Origin: Mobula hypostoma
Lineage: Eukaryota
NCBI RefSeq assembly: GCF_963921235.1
Contig: NC_086097.1
Coordinates: 200,634,001 to 200,698,000, forward strand
Direction of reading: 5' to 3'
DNA: 64,000 bases
In this document: positions 1-13,483 of the stretch, one piece after another
How positions within the stretch are numbered: the stretch's first letter is position 1
Layout: each line of letters starts with the position of its first letter
Translations under genes and position numbers: made by a program
Notes under the pieces: model-generated
The model's database searches: none
What the model saw: only the letters and a program-made list of their open reading frames with translations
Told to the model about the DNA's origin: nothing

Positions 1-1430
1 ACGCATGCAGAACTCGTTGACTTTATAACTTTGCTTCCAACTTTCACCCTGCCCTCAAGTTTACCTGGTCCATTTCCGACACCTCCCTCCCCTTTCTAGA
101 TCTTTCTGTCTCTGTCTCTGGAGACAGCTTATCCACTGATGTCTACTATAAGCCTACTGACTCTCACAGCTATCTGGACTATTCCTCTTCTCACCCTGTC
201 TCTTGCAAAAACGCCATCCCCTTCTCCCAATTCCTCCGTCTCCGCCGCATCTGCTCTCAGGATGAGGCTTTTCATTCTAGGACGAGGGAGATGTCTTCCT
301 TTTTTAAAGAAAGGGGCTTCCCTTCCTCCACTATCAACTCTGCTCTTAAACGCATCTCCCCCATTTCACGTACATCTGCTCTCACTCCATCCTCCCGCCA
401 CCCCACTAGGAATAGGGTTCCCCTGGTCCTCACCTATCACCCCACCAGCCTCCGGGTCCAACGTATTATTCTCCGTAACTTCCGCCACCTCCAACGGGAT
501 CCCACCACTAAGCACATCCTTCCCTCCCCCGCTCTCTCTGCATTCCGCAGGGATCGCTCCCTACACAACTCCCTTGTCCATTCGTCCCCCCCATCCTTCC
601 CTACTGATCTCCCTCCTGGCACTTATCCGTGTAAGCGGAACAAGTGCTACACATGCCCTTACACTTCCTCCCTTACCACCATTCAGAGCCCCAAACAGTC
701 CTTCCAGGTGAGGCAACACTTCACCTGTGAGTCGACTGGGGTCATATACTGCGTCCGGTGCTCCCGATGTGGCCTTTTATATATTGGCAAGACCCGACGC
801 AGACTGGGAGACCACTTTGCTGAACATCTACGCTCTGTCCGCCAGAGAAAGCAGGATCTCCCAGTGGCCACACATTTTAATTCCACATCCCATTCCCATT
901 TGACATGTCTATCCACGGCCTCCTCTACTGTAAAGATGAAGCCACACTCAGGTTGGAGGAACAACACCTTATATTCCGTCTGGGTAGCCTCCAACCTGAT
1001 GGCATGAACATCGACTTCTCTAACTTCCGCTAAGGCCCCACCTCCCCCTCGTATCCCTTCTGTTACTCATTTTTATGCACACATTCTTTCTCTCACTCTC
1101 CTTTTTCTTCCTCTGTCCCTCTGAATATACCCCTTGCCCATCCTCTGGGTCCCCCCCCCCACTTGTCTTTCTTCCCGGACCTCCTGTCCCATGATCCTCT
1201 CGTATCCCCTTTTGCCTATCACCTGTCCAGCTCTTGGCTCTATCCCTTCCCCTCCTGTCTTCTCCTATCATTTTGGATCTCCCCCTCCCCCTCCAACTTT
1301 CAAATCCCTTACTCACTCTTCCTTCAGTTAGTCCTGACGAAGGGTCTCGGCCTGAAACGTCGACTGCACCTCTTCCTAGAGATGCTGCCTGGCCTGCTGC
1401 GTTCACCAGCAACTTTGATGTGTGTTGCTC
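1..1430 (+). mobile_element. Penelope-like retroelement, 3' part (RT thumb, Cys-rich linker, GIY-YIG endonuclease, pLTR-like 3' region)
   Basis: Frame from ~30 reads FHPALKFTWSISDTSLPFLDL...YYKPTDSHSYLDYSSSHP...RLRRICS, then CKRNKCYTC and GVIYCVRCSRCGLLYIGKTRRRL (GIY-YIG). After a frameshift near 900 it ends ...LQPDGMNIDFSNFR* at 1033. A pyrimidine-rich tract and a hammerhead motif follow. Confidence 0.9.
1330..1365 (+). ncRNA. Minimal type-I hammerhead ribozyme motif in the Penelope-like terminal repeat
   Basis: AGTC-CTGACGA-A-GGGT-CTCG-GCCT-GAAA-CG-TC-GACT: core boxes CUGANGA and GAAA, stem II hairpin, stem I AGTC/GACT, palindromic ACGU in place of stem III, GUC triplet ending at 1361. Confidence 0.75.
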
Positions 1431-3907
1431 AGAGAATGATGTTAGTGAGGTAGTAACAGGGGACAAAGAAATAGCAGAACTTAATGGGTACTTTGTATCT
1501 GTCTTCACTATGGAAGACACTAGCAGTGTGCCAGAGGTCCCTAGGTGTCAGGGAGCCATTGCTACTACAAAGGAAAGGTGCTAGGCAAACTGAAAGGTCT
1601 TGAGGTGGATAAATCACCTGGACCAGATGGACTACAGCCCAGGTCCTGAGAGAGGTTGCTGAAGAGATAATGGAAGCATTGGTTACAACTGTTCAAGAAT
1701 CACTTGATTTTGGCATGGTCCCAGAAGATTGCAAATGTCACTCCACTCTTTAAGAAGGGAGGAAGGCAAAAGAAAGATAGTTTTAGGCCAGTTAGCTTAA
1801 CCTCAGTGGTTGGGAAAGTGTTGGAGTCTATTTTTAAGGATGAGGTTTCGAGGTACTTGGAGACTAATGTTAAAACGAGTCACAGTCAGCATGGTTGCTG
1901 TAAAATCTTGCCTGACAAATCTGTTAAGAGCTCTTTGAGGAAGTAACAAGCAGGGTGAACAACGGAAAGGCAGTGGATTTCATTCACGTGGATTTTCAGA
2001 AGGTGTTTGATAAGGTGCCGCACATGAGACTGATTAACAAGATAAACTCCTACGGTGTTACAGGCAAGAGACTGGCATGGATTGCAGAATGGCTGAAAGG
2101 TAGGAGGCGAGTGGGAATAAAAGGGGCCTTATCTGGTTGGCTGCCGGTGACTAGTGGTGTTCCTAAGGAGTCAGTATTGGAACTGCTACTTTTCACATTG
2201 TTTTTCAATGATTCAGATAACGGAATTGATGGCTTTGTGATAAAGTTTGCAGATGATACGAAGATAGGTGGAAGGGTAGATAGGGTTGAGGAAGCAGGCC
2301 TTAGACAAACTGGAAGAATGGGAATAAAAAACGGCAGACAGAATACAGTGTTGGGAAATGTATGATAATGCAATTTGGAAAAGGGAACAATAGTGAGAAC
2401 TAGTATCTAAATGGGGATAAGGTTCAAACATTAGAGGTGCACAGGGACTTAAGGTTGATTTATACTTGTGTGTTAAATGTACGCCGTAGCCACAAACCCT
2501 ACGCAGTACCTACGCTGAACCCTACACCATAGCCTAACACGCACCTCTCCCAAAATGTAACTACGCGTCGCGGCGTCGCAGACCGCAACAACTCTGATTG
2601 GTCCGCTTGGTAGCATCGCATTTCCTCCTACGCTGTAATAGCTTGCCATTGGGCGACTGAAGGGCAGGGAAGGAACTCTAGCTGCAATGCTTTTCATAAA
2701 GCTTTACAGACCTCCGAAATTATGGAGGACACTGTGCGTGACGCCAATTTGTAGCTAGCTGCTACAGCCTGTTTCGACTTCCACCTGAAGCTAAAACTCG
2801 AATGGTGATTGCCAGTCTCTGAGTATACTGTGCGTACACTGATGCGAAATAAATGGTTGGAGACGATGAAGCAAATCATCAAATCTACCTGCCGACATCC
2901 AGAAATATTTGAAATGCATTTCCTCATCCATGTCTCTCAGTGGCCGGAGAAGCACAGAAAATTCACCCTCCTTCAGTTTCAGTCACCATTGTTTGACGTT
3001 TGGGTTTCTTCATGTTGAGCTTCAACATGAAGAAACTCAATACAGTGGCATAGAAACCCCACTGCCAACTAGTGTTTTGGAGGTGAATTGCACAGCAACG
3101 CAGCCACACTAACGCACAAGTATAAATGCTCACAACGGCATAGCCCACTTGCATAGGCTGCGGCGTAAGCTAGTACGCGCAAGTATAAATCAGCCTTTAG
3201 GCGTCCTCATGCAAGACTCCCAGAAGATTAATTTACAGGTTGAGTCAGTGGTAAAGAAGTCAAATGCAATGTTGGCACTTCTTTCAAGGGGGATGAAACA
3301 TAAAAGCAAGGAGATAATGCTGGGCCTTTATAAGGCACTAGTCGGGACACACTTGGAGTATTGCCAATAGTTTTGAGCCACATATCTCAGAAAGGATGTA
3401 TTGTCATTGGAGAGTTCAGAGGAGGTTCACAAGGATGATTCTGGGAATGAAGGAGTTAACGTATGAAGAGTGTTTGGCAGCTTTTGGCCTGTACTCACTG
3501 TAATTTAGAAGAATGCAGGGGGGATCTCATTGAAACCTACCAAATGTTGAAAGGAATAGATAGGGTGGATAGGAAGAGGATATTTCCTATGGTGGGGGTA
3601 TCCAGAACTAGAGGACACAGCCTCAACATTGAGGGGTGACCCTTTAGAACAGTGGTAAGGAGGAATTCCTTTTGGCCAGTGAATAGAAAATCTGTGGAAT
3701 GCTCTGCCACAGACTGTGGTGAAGGCCAAGTTCATGCGTATATTTAAGGCAGAAGTTGATCATTTCCTTATCGGTCAGGGCATCAAAGGATATGGCAAGA
3801 AGGCAGGTTTATGGGGTTGAGTGGGATCCGAGATCAGTCATGATGGAATGGTGGAGCAGACTCGATGGCCTAAATGGCCTAATTCTGCTGCTGTGTATTA
3901 TGGTCTT
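1431..3907 (+). mobile_element. CR1-type LINE, 5'-truncated and decayed, split by a Harbinger insertion
   Basis: RT motifs in several frames (KIANVTPLFKKGG, RPVSLTSVVGK, DFQKVFDKVPH, SGVP, KFADDTKIGG); 3' end ...ggcctaattctgct...tatggtctt. Confidence 0.88.
2452..3196 (-). mobile_element. Non-autonomous PIF/Harbinger DNA transposon (745 bp)
   Basis: TIRs aggttgatttatacttgtgtgt / acgcgcaagtataaatcagcct; TTA target duplication at 2449-2451 and 3197-3199. Removing it restores contiguous CR1 sequence. Internal remnant AVAASYKLASRTVSSIISEVCKAL resembles the Harbinger transposase HTH. Confidence 0.85.
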
Positions 3908-4960
3908 GGGTCATATTTTTGCAGAAATAGAGCAAATTCTACCGGGTTCACAAACTTTCTAGCACCACTGTACCAGTACATTGTTCTCAGTTTTTGATGT
4001 CCCTGTGGTTCAAATATTATTTAGATATTATATTCCAAGAGTAATGTAATTATTTGGATATTATATTCCAAGAATAATTCCAAGAGTTCTATGCAACAAG
4101 AGTCCAATTCCTCACCATTGAATTGAAAAACTATCAAGGCCAATATTTCATAGTCAATTTGATTATTTTTCAATCTGTAAATGGTCTCTTAGTTTTGCAT
4201 AAAAACAGAAGTATCTGTTTGTTCCTCTAATTCATATTTCCAAAAAACAAAAATGCCTTGTGCTTTTCTTAAGATTGCCACAAATTGAATTGTAAACTTG
4301 CCTTGTTTTTGTCCACTCGGTTTGCTTCATTTAAAAAATATAATGCTCAAATCCATTTAAAGTTGGGTCTCCTCAAACCAACTCTGTTACCTCATTAATA
4401 ATTAGTGAACATCTGAGCTTAACAAAAATTTTGGCAAAACATTCCTTGCTGCAGTCCACCAGAACATTCCTTTTTGCCCCATTTTTTTCTCACTCCTAGT
4501 TCCAAGGTCTAATTAACTCAAATACTGTATGCTCTCACATTTGATAACAGATAAAGGGCAGATTATTTTCTGATTAAAATATCCAGGCACACTCTCCTAT
4601 CCAGTGATCATTCTATAGAAAAAAAGTAATCCTTCACAAATCGATTTTATGTAAATGTTACTAAAGATCAGAACCTCCATTATGAATTTCTACTGCTATT
4701 GCTTTATTACACTAAATACCGAAATTACTATATTTAAAACCAAAATTTTATTTAATCCTCATGTTCTGTTCACAAGCTTCAGTGTATCAAAGTGTTAACC
4801 AGTATTTTACTAGTCATGATAAAGGATTAAGATTCTTCTCGCATTTTATAAAATAGCATGAGAATATTACTCCTTTAGATCCTTAGCCATTGGCTATCCC
4901 AATAATTTCTGTAGAAGTTTACTTTCCTTAAACACACAAACATTCATTAACATTTATTCA

Positions 4961-5290
<330 letters not shown>

Positions 5291-6169
5291 TTAATCTCAG
5301 CTCAATGAATCCACAGTTCCCTAAAGTTGTTATAGCCAGGAGTGGTAGTGGGGATAAGCTCCTTTTAAATGCTCCCAATGGCCTCTGTCTTAAGCAGCCT
5401 CTAACTACAAAGCCTAGCTCCTGGCCTTCACATGTGGCTTAGCTACGAAACCTGGCGAAACCATTTTTACTGGAAGGAGAAGGGACAAAGGCAGGTTCCC
5501 GGTGCATCAACTTGCCCAGCCAAACCTCAAGAACCTATCTTTTCTTTGGTCTGCTTATGCTAAGTACTGCCCTGTGTTCAGATTAACCAAAACAAATGAT
5601 TAAAAATATTTTAGTCAGTCTTAAGCCACCTACTGTTCAGCAAAAATAGCTTCAGCATTTTTCCAAAATCGGCTTTGCTTTTCTCACATTTTGCTGCTTT
5701 ACATCCTTGGGTACCTTAAAAATCCAATCTGTTCTGAAGTGTTTGTTTCAGTCTATATTAAGTATTTCACAACTATTCTGTTTTACAGAATGCACTCTGA
5801 ACTATTATAGCGCTTAATTTAAAAAAGAAAATTAACTTTTTAAATCTAGTAAAATTATATTTTAGATCGAGTATTTTTGTTACTAAGCCCCATATAAGCA
5901 CACAGTGACCTGAACTCTGCTTAGATTAACTAATACATTATTAGATCAAAAAAGGATGTACACTATCTAGTGATATATGTTTTCAAGCATTTAAATTATG
6001 ATCCAAGTACAAGACAGAAAACGCAGAACTCCCTCTTCACCAAACTTAATTAACAAATGATATCGTATACTAGCACGTGTCAGGGATGTCCTACATTTCA
6101 CCAGTGTTAATTTATTAGCTCCACCTGTAGGAAAGATAGGGATATTATAAGGTGCAACCAGCCTCACAC

Positions 6170-6304
6170 CTTCTTATTCTGACATCTTCCCCCTTCCTTT
6201 CCAGACCTGATGAAAGATCTCAGCCTGAAACATTGACTGTTTATTCATTTGCATAGATGCTAACTGACCTGCTGAGTTTTGCAAGCACTGTGTGTGTGTT
6301 GCTC
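6170..6304 (+). repeat. Short Penelope-pLTR-derived repeat with decayed hammerhead (6203-6238)
   Basis: agac-CTGATGA-aagatctcagcct-GAAA-catt-gact followed by the gatgc..gacctgctgagt..tgtgtgtgttgctc tail seen at 1380-1430. Confidence 0.7.
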
Positions 6305-6869
6305 TGCAAAATGATCACAGTCTGTGGTTGGTCAAGGAGGCCACATCAGGAGCACCTAATGCAGTAATAAGCAAGGTTAAGTGATGTGCATGTGGAGTTT
6401 GCATGCCCTCCTCATGTCTGCCTGAAGTTACCTGCAGGTATATTGGTATCCTCCCATATGAAGATGTGCAAGTTGCAAATTACCCTCGTGTAAATGGTTT
6501 GCAGAATGGATGGGAATGTGGCAATTGGAGTGCTCTGAGAGCTGGAAAAGATATAATGGGCTGAATGACCGCCTACACTGCAAAGAGATGTAGAAATAAT
6601 TGCCATTAGCATTAAGTACAGGAAAGAGAGAAAATGGAAATTCCCTTAATTATAAAGAAATCAAAATTGTTGCATTTGAAACTGATTTGAAAGCAAGAAT
6701 GTCAAAAAGAGTAAATTGAAAAGTTTGAAGAAAGAATGTAAATCAAATTAAAAGTCCAGCAGAACACTTATGATTTCATGAAAATGCTTACCAGGTGAGC
6801 ACTGTTTCTGACAAGTGATTCTGTAAAAATACATATTAGTAATACTGAGTTTCTTAATGGATGCTTTAC

Positions 6870-7170
6870 AATAGTACAGGATTGAAGGCAACAGCCTCAG
6901 AAATCAAGGAGTGTTCCCTTTACTGAGATGAGGAGGGCTGTCCCAGCCAGTGGTTGGTGAATTTGTAGAATTCTTTGCCACAGTGCTGTAGAAACTCAGA
7001 TAGGTCTATTTAGAACAGAGATTGATAGGATCTTCATTGATAAAAGGGTTAAAAGTTACAGGGAGTGGGTAGGAGAATGGGGTTAAAAAAATAAATCTAC
7101 CATAATTAAACGGCACAGCAGACTCAATGGGCCAAATGGCATAATTATGCTCCTATAATCAATGGCCTAT
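6870..7170 (+). mobile_element. CR1 3'-end fragment
   Basis: Similar to 3610-3907; ends gactcaatgggccaaatggc...gctcct. Confidence 0.65.
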
Positions 7171-8542
7171 AACGTTGCCTACAGCATATCAAACATTAAA
7201 TATTTTCAGAAACTGCACCCACATAATTCACTCTAACTTCATGTCATGTGTGAAAGGCAGGGCTGGCAACCAGAGTGCATCACAGCAGTAAACTGTGTTC
7301 GCTGGATATTTCTGTGTGTGCAGTTGCAGCAGATTGTGTATGGCCAATGGAAAGTAATTTTTCTTCTTTATGTCACTTAAACAGAGACTAATTGTATCAA
7401 GGCTGGTAATACGGGTGAGATCAGCGAACACAGCAGAACCTTCCAGATCTACTCTCATACAAAGCAGCATAGTTAGCACAGATTAAAGGACTCTGGCAGG
7501 AAATGACCCCATGACTAGAGGGGGAAAAAAATCTATTAGACGTTGCTGAGAACCCTTTCATTGCGCAGTTTCATAGATGTACTTTGTGATGTGGTACCAG
7601 GAACAACTTACATTCTGTTCTTGTATTCATAATTTAATAAAACACGATTATAGTAAAGTACAATGGACTTGTCACTGTATGAACACTGGACATGAGCATT
7701 ACTCCATATCACTAGAACTAAAAAAAACAAATAATATCGAAGACAATTGAATCAGTTTTATCTAGCAAATTTAACACAATAAAAACTTCACAGAGCCTTA
7801 ATTTGAAATGCAACTTAAGTAACCGAAAAAATGACCACTCAAATCAATTCAGGATTGCACTAAATATTAAACTTTCCTTCCACACAAGCTAACCAGTTAC
7901 AACATTATTAATAAAGCCATTTGTACAAATGATCATAGCAATTAAAATTCTTCTTCTAACAGCCTCACAGAGCATTAATTTTGGTTGCAGTAGAGTGGTA
8001 TTTTAGTGTGTGCATCAAAATAAAAATAAAAGCCTCCAAGACGAGCATAACTTGCTGTAGTTTGGAGGCTTGAGCGTCTCAAGGACCCAGAGCGCTATGT
8101 TGGCTGGAGTCAAAGCTTTATATGGGGTCACACATGCCAAACAAGTTAAAAAGTAGAAGCCAAACTAAGAGTGGCCCACCAGTCCTCCAGGTTCAGCGGT
8201 TCAGCTCAGGGCTTGACTGGTAAGATAAAACTGTTATGAAAAGAGCAATGAAGATTTCTTCTGCACCTGAGTGTAACAGTATTGCCGAGTCTCCACCCAG
8301 GACTTGCATGGCTGACAGTAGTGAAAACAGAGGAAGTGCCTGGCATGATAAAGGAAGCCCAGAACATGAACAGAGGTGGACGACCTTCATTGCTGCCCTA
8401 AACACCAGCAACGTAACAGGCAGTAAGAATCAAAAAATAAGACGCTTATCCAACTTTAAGATTTTCTTACGGGAGCAGACAATGACAAAACTACACTCAT
8501 GATCCACATATCCTGTTCCAAGATGAACACTTATTGACTACA

Positions 8543-9066
8543 TAGACCATAAGACAAAGGAGCAGAAGTCAGCCATTCGGCCTTTCGAGTCTGCTCCGCC
8601 ATTTTATCATGAGCTGATCCATTCTCCCATTTAGTCCCACTCCCCCGCCTTCTCACCATAACCTTTGATGCCCTGGCTACTCAAATACCTATCAATCTAC
8701 ATAGAAACACAGGTGAACAGAACAATCCCTTAGATCCACTTGAGGGTCTTCCCAGGGCAGAAATGGCTAATGCAAAGGGACATAATTTTAAGGTGATTGG
8801 AGGAAAAGATAGGAGGAACATCAGATGTAGTTGTTTTTTTTAAAAACACAGAGAAGGTAGTAGGTGCATGAACCATGCTGCCGGGGTAGCGGTAGAGGCA
8901 GATACACTAAGACACTTAACGGATTCTTAGATAGGCACATGGATAAAAGAAAGATGGAGGGCTATGTGGGAAGGAAGGGTTAGATTGATCTTAGAAAGAG
9001 GTGAATGCAACGTGTGCGCTGTGGAATGAATGGGCCTGTACTCTGCTGTACGGACCTCTGCTCTAC
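8543..9066. mobile_element. Two CR1 3'-end fragments (8543-8700 minus; ~8740-9066 plus)
   Basis: catagaccataagacaaaggagcagaa is the reverse complement of the CR1 tail. The second piece ends gggcctgtactctgctgta. Confidence 0.6.
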
Positions 9067-9887
9067 GTTTTTCTAGCTGGTGCTTTAAGGGATCTAGAGG
9101 ATGTAATCCAGTTCCATTCTACTCTTATTTCCATGCTGTGAATAGAGCTGCTGAAGCTCCAATCTGCTGATCAAATTTGCAGATGACACAACACTGGTTG
9201 GCTTTATTTCTTGTGGTGACTGAGGAAGCCTATAGAGGAGAGGTCAACACCCTGACACAGTGGTGCCAAGATAACAATCTCTCCCCCAAAGTCCAAAAAA
9301 ACAAGAGCTCATCATGGATTACAGGAGGAACAGAGACAGGCTTGCCCTGATCAACATCAATGGGTCTGCAGTTGAGAGAGTGAGTAGTTTCAAGTTCCTC
9401 GGTATACATATCACCAAAGATCTCACCTGGACTGTACACACCAGCTGTGTGGCAAAAAAAAAGTTCAACACCGTCTCTTCCGCTTCAGGCAACTGAAGTT
9501 GTTCAGCATAAGCTCCCAAATCCTCAAGACCTTCTACAAGGCATCACAGAGCACCCTGACTGGCTGTATCATCACCTGGTACGGAAACTGCACCAACCTT
9601 GATCACTGGACACTGCAGAGAGTGGTACGGACAACCCAGCACATCTGTGGATGTGAAATTCCCTCCACTGAGGATATTTACAGCAGCAGGCAAGTAACGA
9701 AGGCCTGGAAGATCATCAGGGACACCAGTCACCCCAACTGTTTAAGCTGCTTCCATCTGGCAAACAGTAACGTAGCATTAAAGCCAAGGCTAACAGGCTC
9801 TTTCTACAAGCAATGGACTCATAACGCAAAAATTTCTATTCCCTCGTGTTGTGAGACAGATGCAAGATTTAAATAAATTCAAATTCA
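9067..9887 (+). mobile_element. Rex1/Babar-type LINE 3' fragment
   Basis: KFADDTTLVG, INGSAVERVSSFKFLGIHITKDLTW, LTGCIITWYGNC...LQRVVRT. Confidence 0.75.
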
Positions 9888-10239
9888 GGTTTTCCACTTG
9901 TACTGAAATGCAATTGGTTAAGAAATTTGGCAATAAGGCTTATGAGAGATGAGGGTCAAAATTTTGATGACTGACATTAATTTACATAACTACCATGTGT
10001 TCTGGTTTAAGGGCACTCCTGAAGATGGGTGACAGCTTACTGGTGGTTTTCAAACAAGAAATACAACTAAATACTCTATTAATAACATTTTTCCTGTGGA
10101 AAATTGTGGTAAATGATCATAGCAAACAATGAAGAGGTGAGCAAATGTGAGGCTGATCCGAGGGTCAAGGCATGCGGGTGCAAGACACAGTTGCAGCAAG
10201 GTCAAGGCATGTTCGAGTGGCCGGAGCAAGATAGAGGTA

Positions 10240-11548
10240 CAGGTGCCCCCCGCTTTTCGAACGTTCGTTTTACGAAACCTCGCTGTTACGGAAGACCTAC
10301 ATTAGTTACCTGTTTTCACTAACAGAAGGTGTTACGAAAAAAGGCAGCGCGCGAAAAAAAAGCAGTGCGCGCCCTGAGCAGCCACTCCTCCCCCGGATTT
10401 GGAACTGCATTCTCGCCGGCATTGCTTAAACACATGCCTGTGAGCAGCCGTTAGCAAGATGAGTTCTAAGGTATTGGAAAAGCCTAAAAGAGCTCGTAAG
10501 GGTGTTACACTTAGCATAAAACTAGACATAATTAAGCGTTTCGATCGTGGTGAATGAAGTAAGAACAAAGTGAGTTTGGCTTGTGGAAGTTGACGAAGAT
10601 GATGTTGAAGAGGTTTTGGCATCCCATGACCAAGAACTGATAGATGAAGAGCTGATGCAATTGGAAGAGGAAAGGATAACAATCGAAACCGAATGCAGTA
10701 GCGAACGGACCGAAAGTGAAGTCATCCAGGAACTGAACGTGAAGCAACTGTGTGAGATTTTCACTGCAATGATTGCAGAAAAGTATGCCTTTAATTTTGA
10801 AAGGGTACGTCAGTTTAGGGCATATTTGCAAGATGGTTTGAGTGCTTACAAAGAACTGTATGATAGAAAAACGCACAAGGCTAAGCAGTCAAGCATACTG
10901 TCGCTTTTCAAGCCTTCCACATTAGCCACAGCAGACGACGAACCTCGACCTTCGACATCGAGGCAGGCAGACGTGGAAGAAGATGACCTGCCTGCCCTGA
11001 TTGATGAGATGACACCCCAGTGTCCCACCACTGCAACCTCTGGGCTGCGGACTGATACATTGCTGCAGAGAATGCAGCGGTAGCCGGGACGCACCCAGCA
11101 CATCTTTGGCGCTGTCTTCCAGATTCCAGTAAGTGATACGACACTGTACATACATTATTTCTACTTTATATAGGCTATATATTTTTATGCGTTATTTGGT
11201 ATGATTTGGCAGCTTCATAGCTTAAAGGTTACTGGAGAGAGTGTTTCTGCCGACAGCGCTTGCGTGAGATTTTCGCTACGGAGAACAGTGCAGCAATGAT
11301 TGTAGAGAAGTATTTCTACTTTATATAGGCTGTGTATTTATCATATCATTCCTGCTTTTACTAAATGTTACTGTTATTTTAGGTTTTATGTGTTATTTGG
11401 CATGATTTAGTAGGTTATTTTTGGGTCTGCGAACACTCACAGATTTTTCCCGTACACATAAATGGTAATTGCTTCTTCACTTTACCACATTCCAGCTTAT
11501 GAACCGTTTCATAGGAACGCTCTACCTTCGGATGGCGGGGGAAACCTG
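10240..11548 (+). mobile_element. Tigger/pogo-family DNA transposon, internally deleted (copy A)
   Basis: TA|CAGGTGCCCCCCGC...GCGGGGGAAACCTG|TA. Retains the transposase start MSSKVLEKPKRARKGVTLSIKLDIIKRF and an acidic C-terminal ORF (10583-11083). Confidence 0.88.
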
Positions 11549-11550
11549 TA

Positions 11551-12177
11551 TGTTCAAGACGAAGTCAGAGTTGGAGGCGAGTGAAGCGAAGAAGTGTCAA
11601 GAGTGAAGGAGGAGAAGATTCAGAGACCATCCACCAAAATCAAGAGCAAGGTTGCAGGAGCAACAGACCGATTTGGAAAAGTTAATTATGGGCCGGAACC
11701 AGCCTAGAGTGTATCGCTACGGTGAGGCTCAGGTCCGAGTGCAAGGGGATGACCCGGTATTTGGACAATTTAAACACTGGACCAGACGGACTGAAAAAGC
11801 AGGGTGTTGGGACCGGAGGCGAAGGCCCAGGGCCGATTCTGCTTTGTGATGTTTTTTACTCCAGTCCCCTCGGCACTGAAGCTGCTGCAGGCTTCGTGAC
11901 GTTTTCCCCCGCTTTGTGATGAACTGAGGCTGAGGCAATGGGAAAGCCCCAGGCTTCAAGTCTACGGACTCAATTTCATTCTGAATGCTGTTGCTTGCTT
12001 TTAGTATTTGTGTAATATGTTTTTTTCTTCCCCCTCTCTATGTGCATTGTGTGCTGGTCTTTTTTTGTTTAAAAAATACTTGAGTTTTTTTAGGTTTGTT
12101 TTGTGACTACCTGTAAGCAGACAAATCTCAACATTGTACAATTTAAACATACTTTGATAATAAATATACTTTGAACC
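11551..12177 (+). repeat. Unclassified interspersed repeat ending ...tactttgataataaatatactttgaac
   Basis: Same 3' terminus recurs at ~39080, ~41150 and ~52330. It probably continues left of the Tigger at ~10130-10237. Confidence 0.55.
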
Positions 12178-13483
12178 ATTATGCCAACCCCAGCCAAGAA
12201 TTTGTTCAGATTCTTGTGAAGGCTACTGAAAAATTCCTTTTTCATGAGAATTGATCTTCATTAGGTTACCTTGACAAGGTAGCTAAATGTAGAGTGGGTC
12301 AACGTTGACTGTAATCTTTTCCATAGATGCTGCCTGGCCTACAGAGTTCCTCCAGCATTTTGTGTGAGTAGACGAAGAATGTTTTTCTATGTAGTTCTTA
12401 CAATGTCATCAAGATCTGTGACATTGGCTTCTGAAGGATGACCAATCTACCTTATTCTTAAGCACATCACCATGTGCTGAAAGATTTTTCGTTAAACACT
12501 CCTTGAATTCATTATGATATCGAAAAAGCTTAGAGAGCTAAAGGTAAAATCCACCATATCATTTACAACTTTTAGTGTTATTGACAAATTCACAGACCTG
12601 GTACAATATTTCAATATTGTTAAAGACCAATGATATGTAAAAGTAAGATCTGAATGGTTTAAAGTATTCAGGTTTTGGTGATTTGACATAGCTGGGCTCT
12701 TTTCAATACTGCTAGATAGGTACTAATGCTATTGTTCTCAGAGCAACCACCACAGGTGGAAGTGGACATAAAGGGAGAAAAAGCTAGGCATTGTGTAACA
12801 TGCATAACTGGAATACTGCACAGCACCACAACTTCCTTGAAAGTGTGAACAGAAAATGTTGCCTTTTTTATTTTTAAATTCACTCTTGCTTGTGTAGTTT
12901 CAAAAATATCTCATTTTAAAACCATCTTTGGCACAAGCTCTTCAGAAGAAGCATCTACATTTTTTTTCCGGTGTCTAATTCTATATTCATTCTGCTACAT
13001 TTTCTCCTTTTCAGGTAATCAAAATTAATTTCATTAAACACAGCTTTCTAACCATACATCATATTCTTCGCTTCTTCTCTCATCTCATTCTATACCTGTG
13101 TCACGTACACGTGTTTTCACACATTTACTTTGAAAGATATACATAATGTCAGTTGCCTTTGCGGTCTTGGGTGCAACAAAAGTATAGAGAATGGAGGAAA
13201 ACACTGGGACTCCCTTTGTCAACCTACAAATGAAATTCACCATTTCAGTGTAGAAATTCTCCACATGATTCTTAGCAAAACTGTAATTTCTCATTACCTC
13301 ATCGAACAGCCACCTAATGCTACTATTTCCACTGAAAAAAATGCAGGCAATAGTACATGAAAGTGATCTATTTAAAGATCCAATCATTAGTGAAATGAGG
13401 TTGCAGGCTCACTCTGGAGTTCCTCGCCATATTCTTCATTTTCCATGCTCTCATCTACATATACACACACACAAAGGGATATA

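Noticed and set aside
139..711. 190-aa Pro/Ser/Leu-rich ORF
   Set aside because: Alternative frame of the Penelope-like ORF in C-rich sequence.
4023..4087. Short direct repeats gatattatattccaaga
   Set aside because: Two to three imperfect local duplications in AT-rich DNA. Not a CRISPR-like array, and the sequence is eukaryotic.
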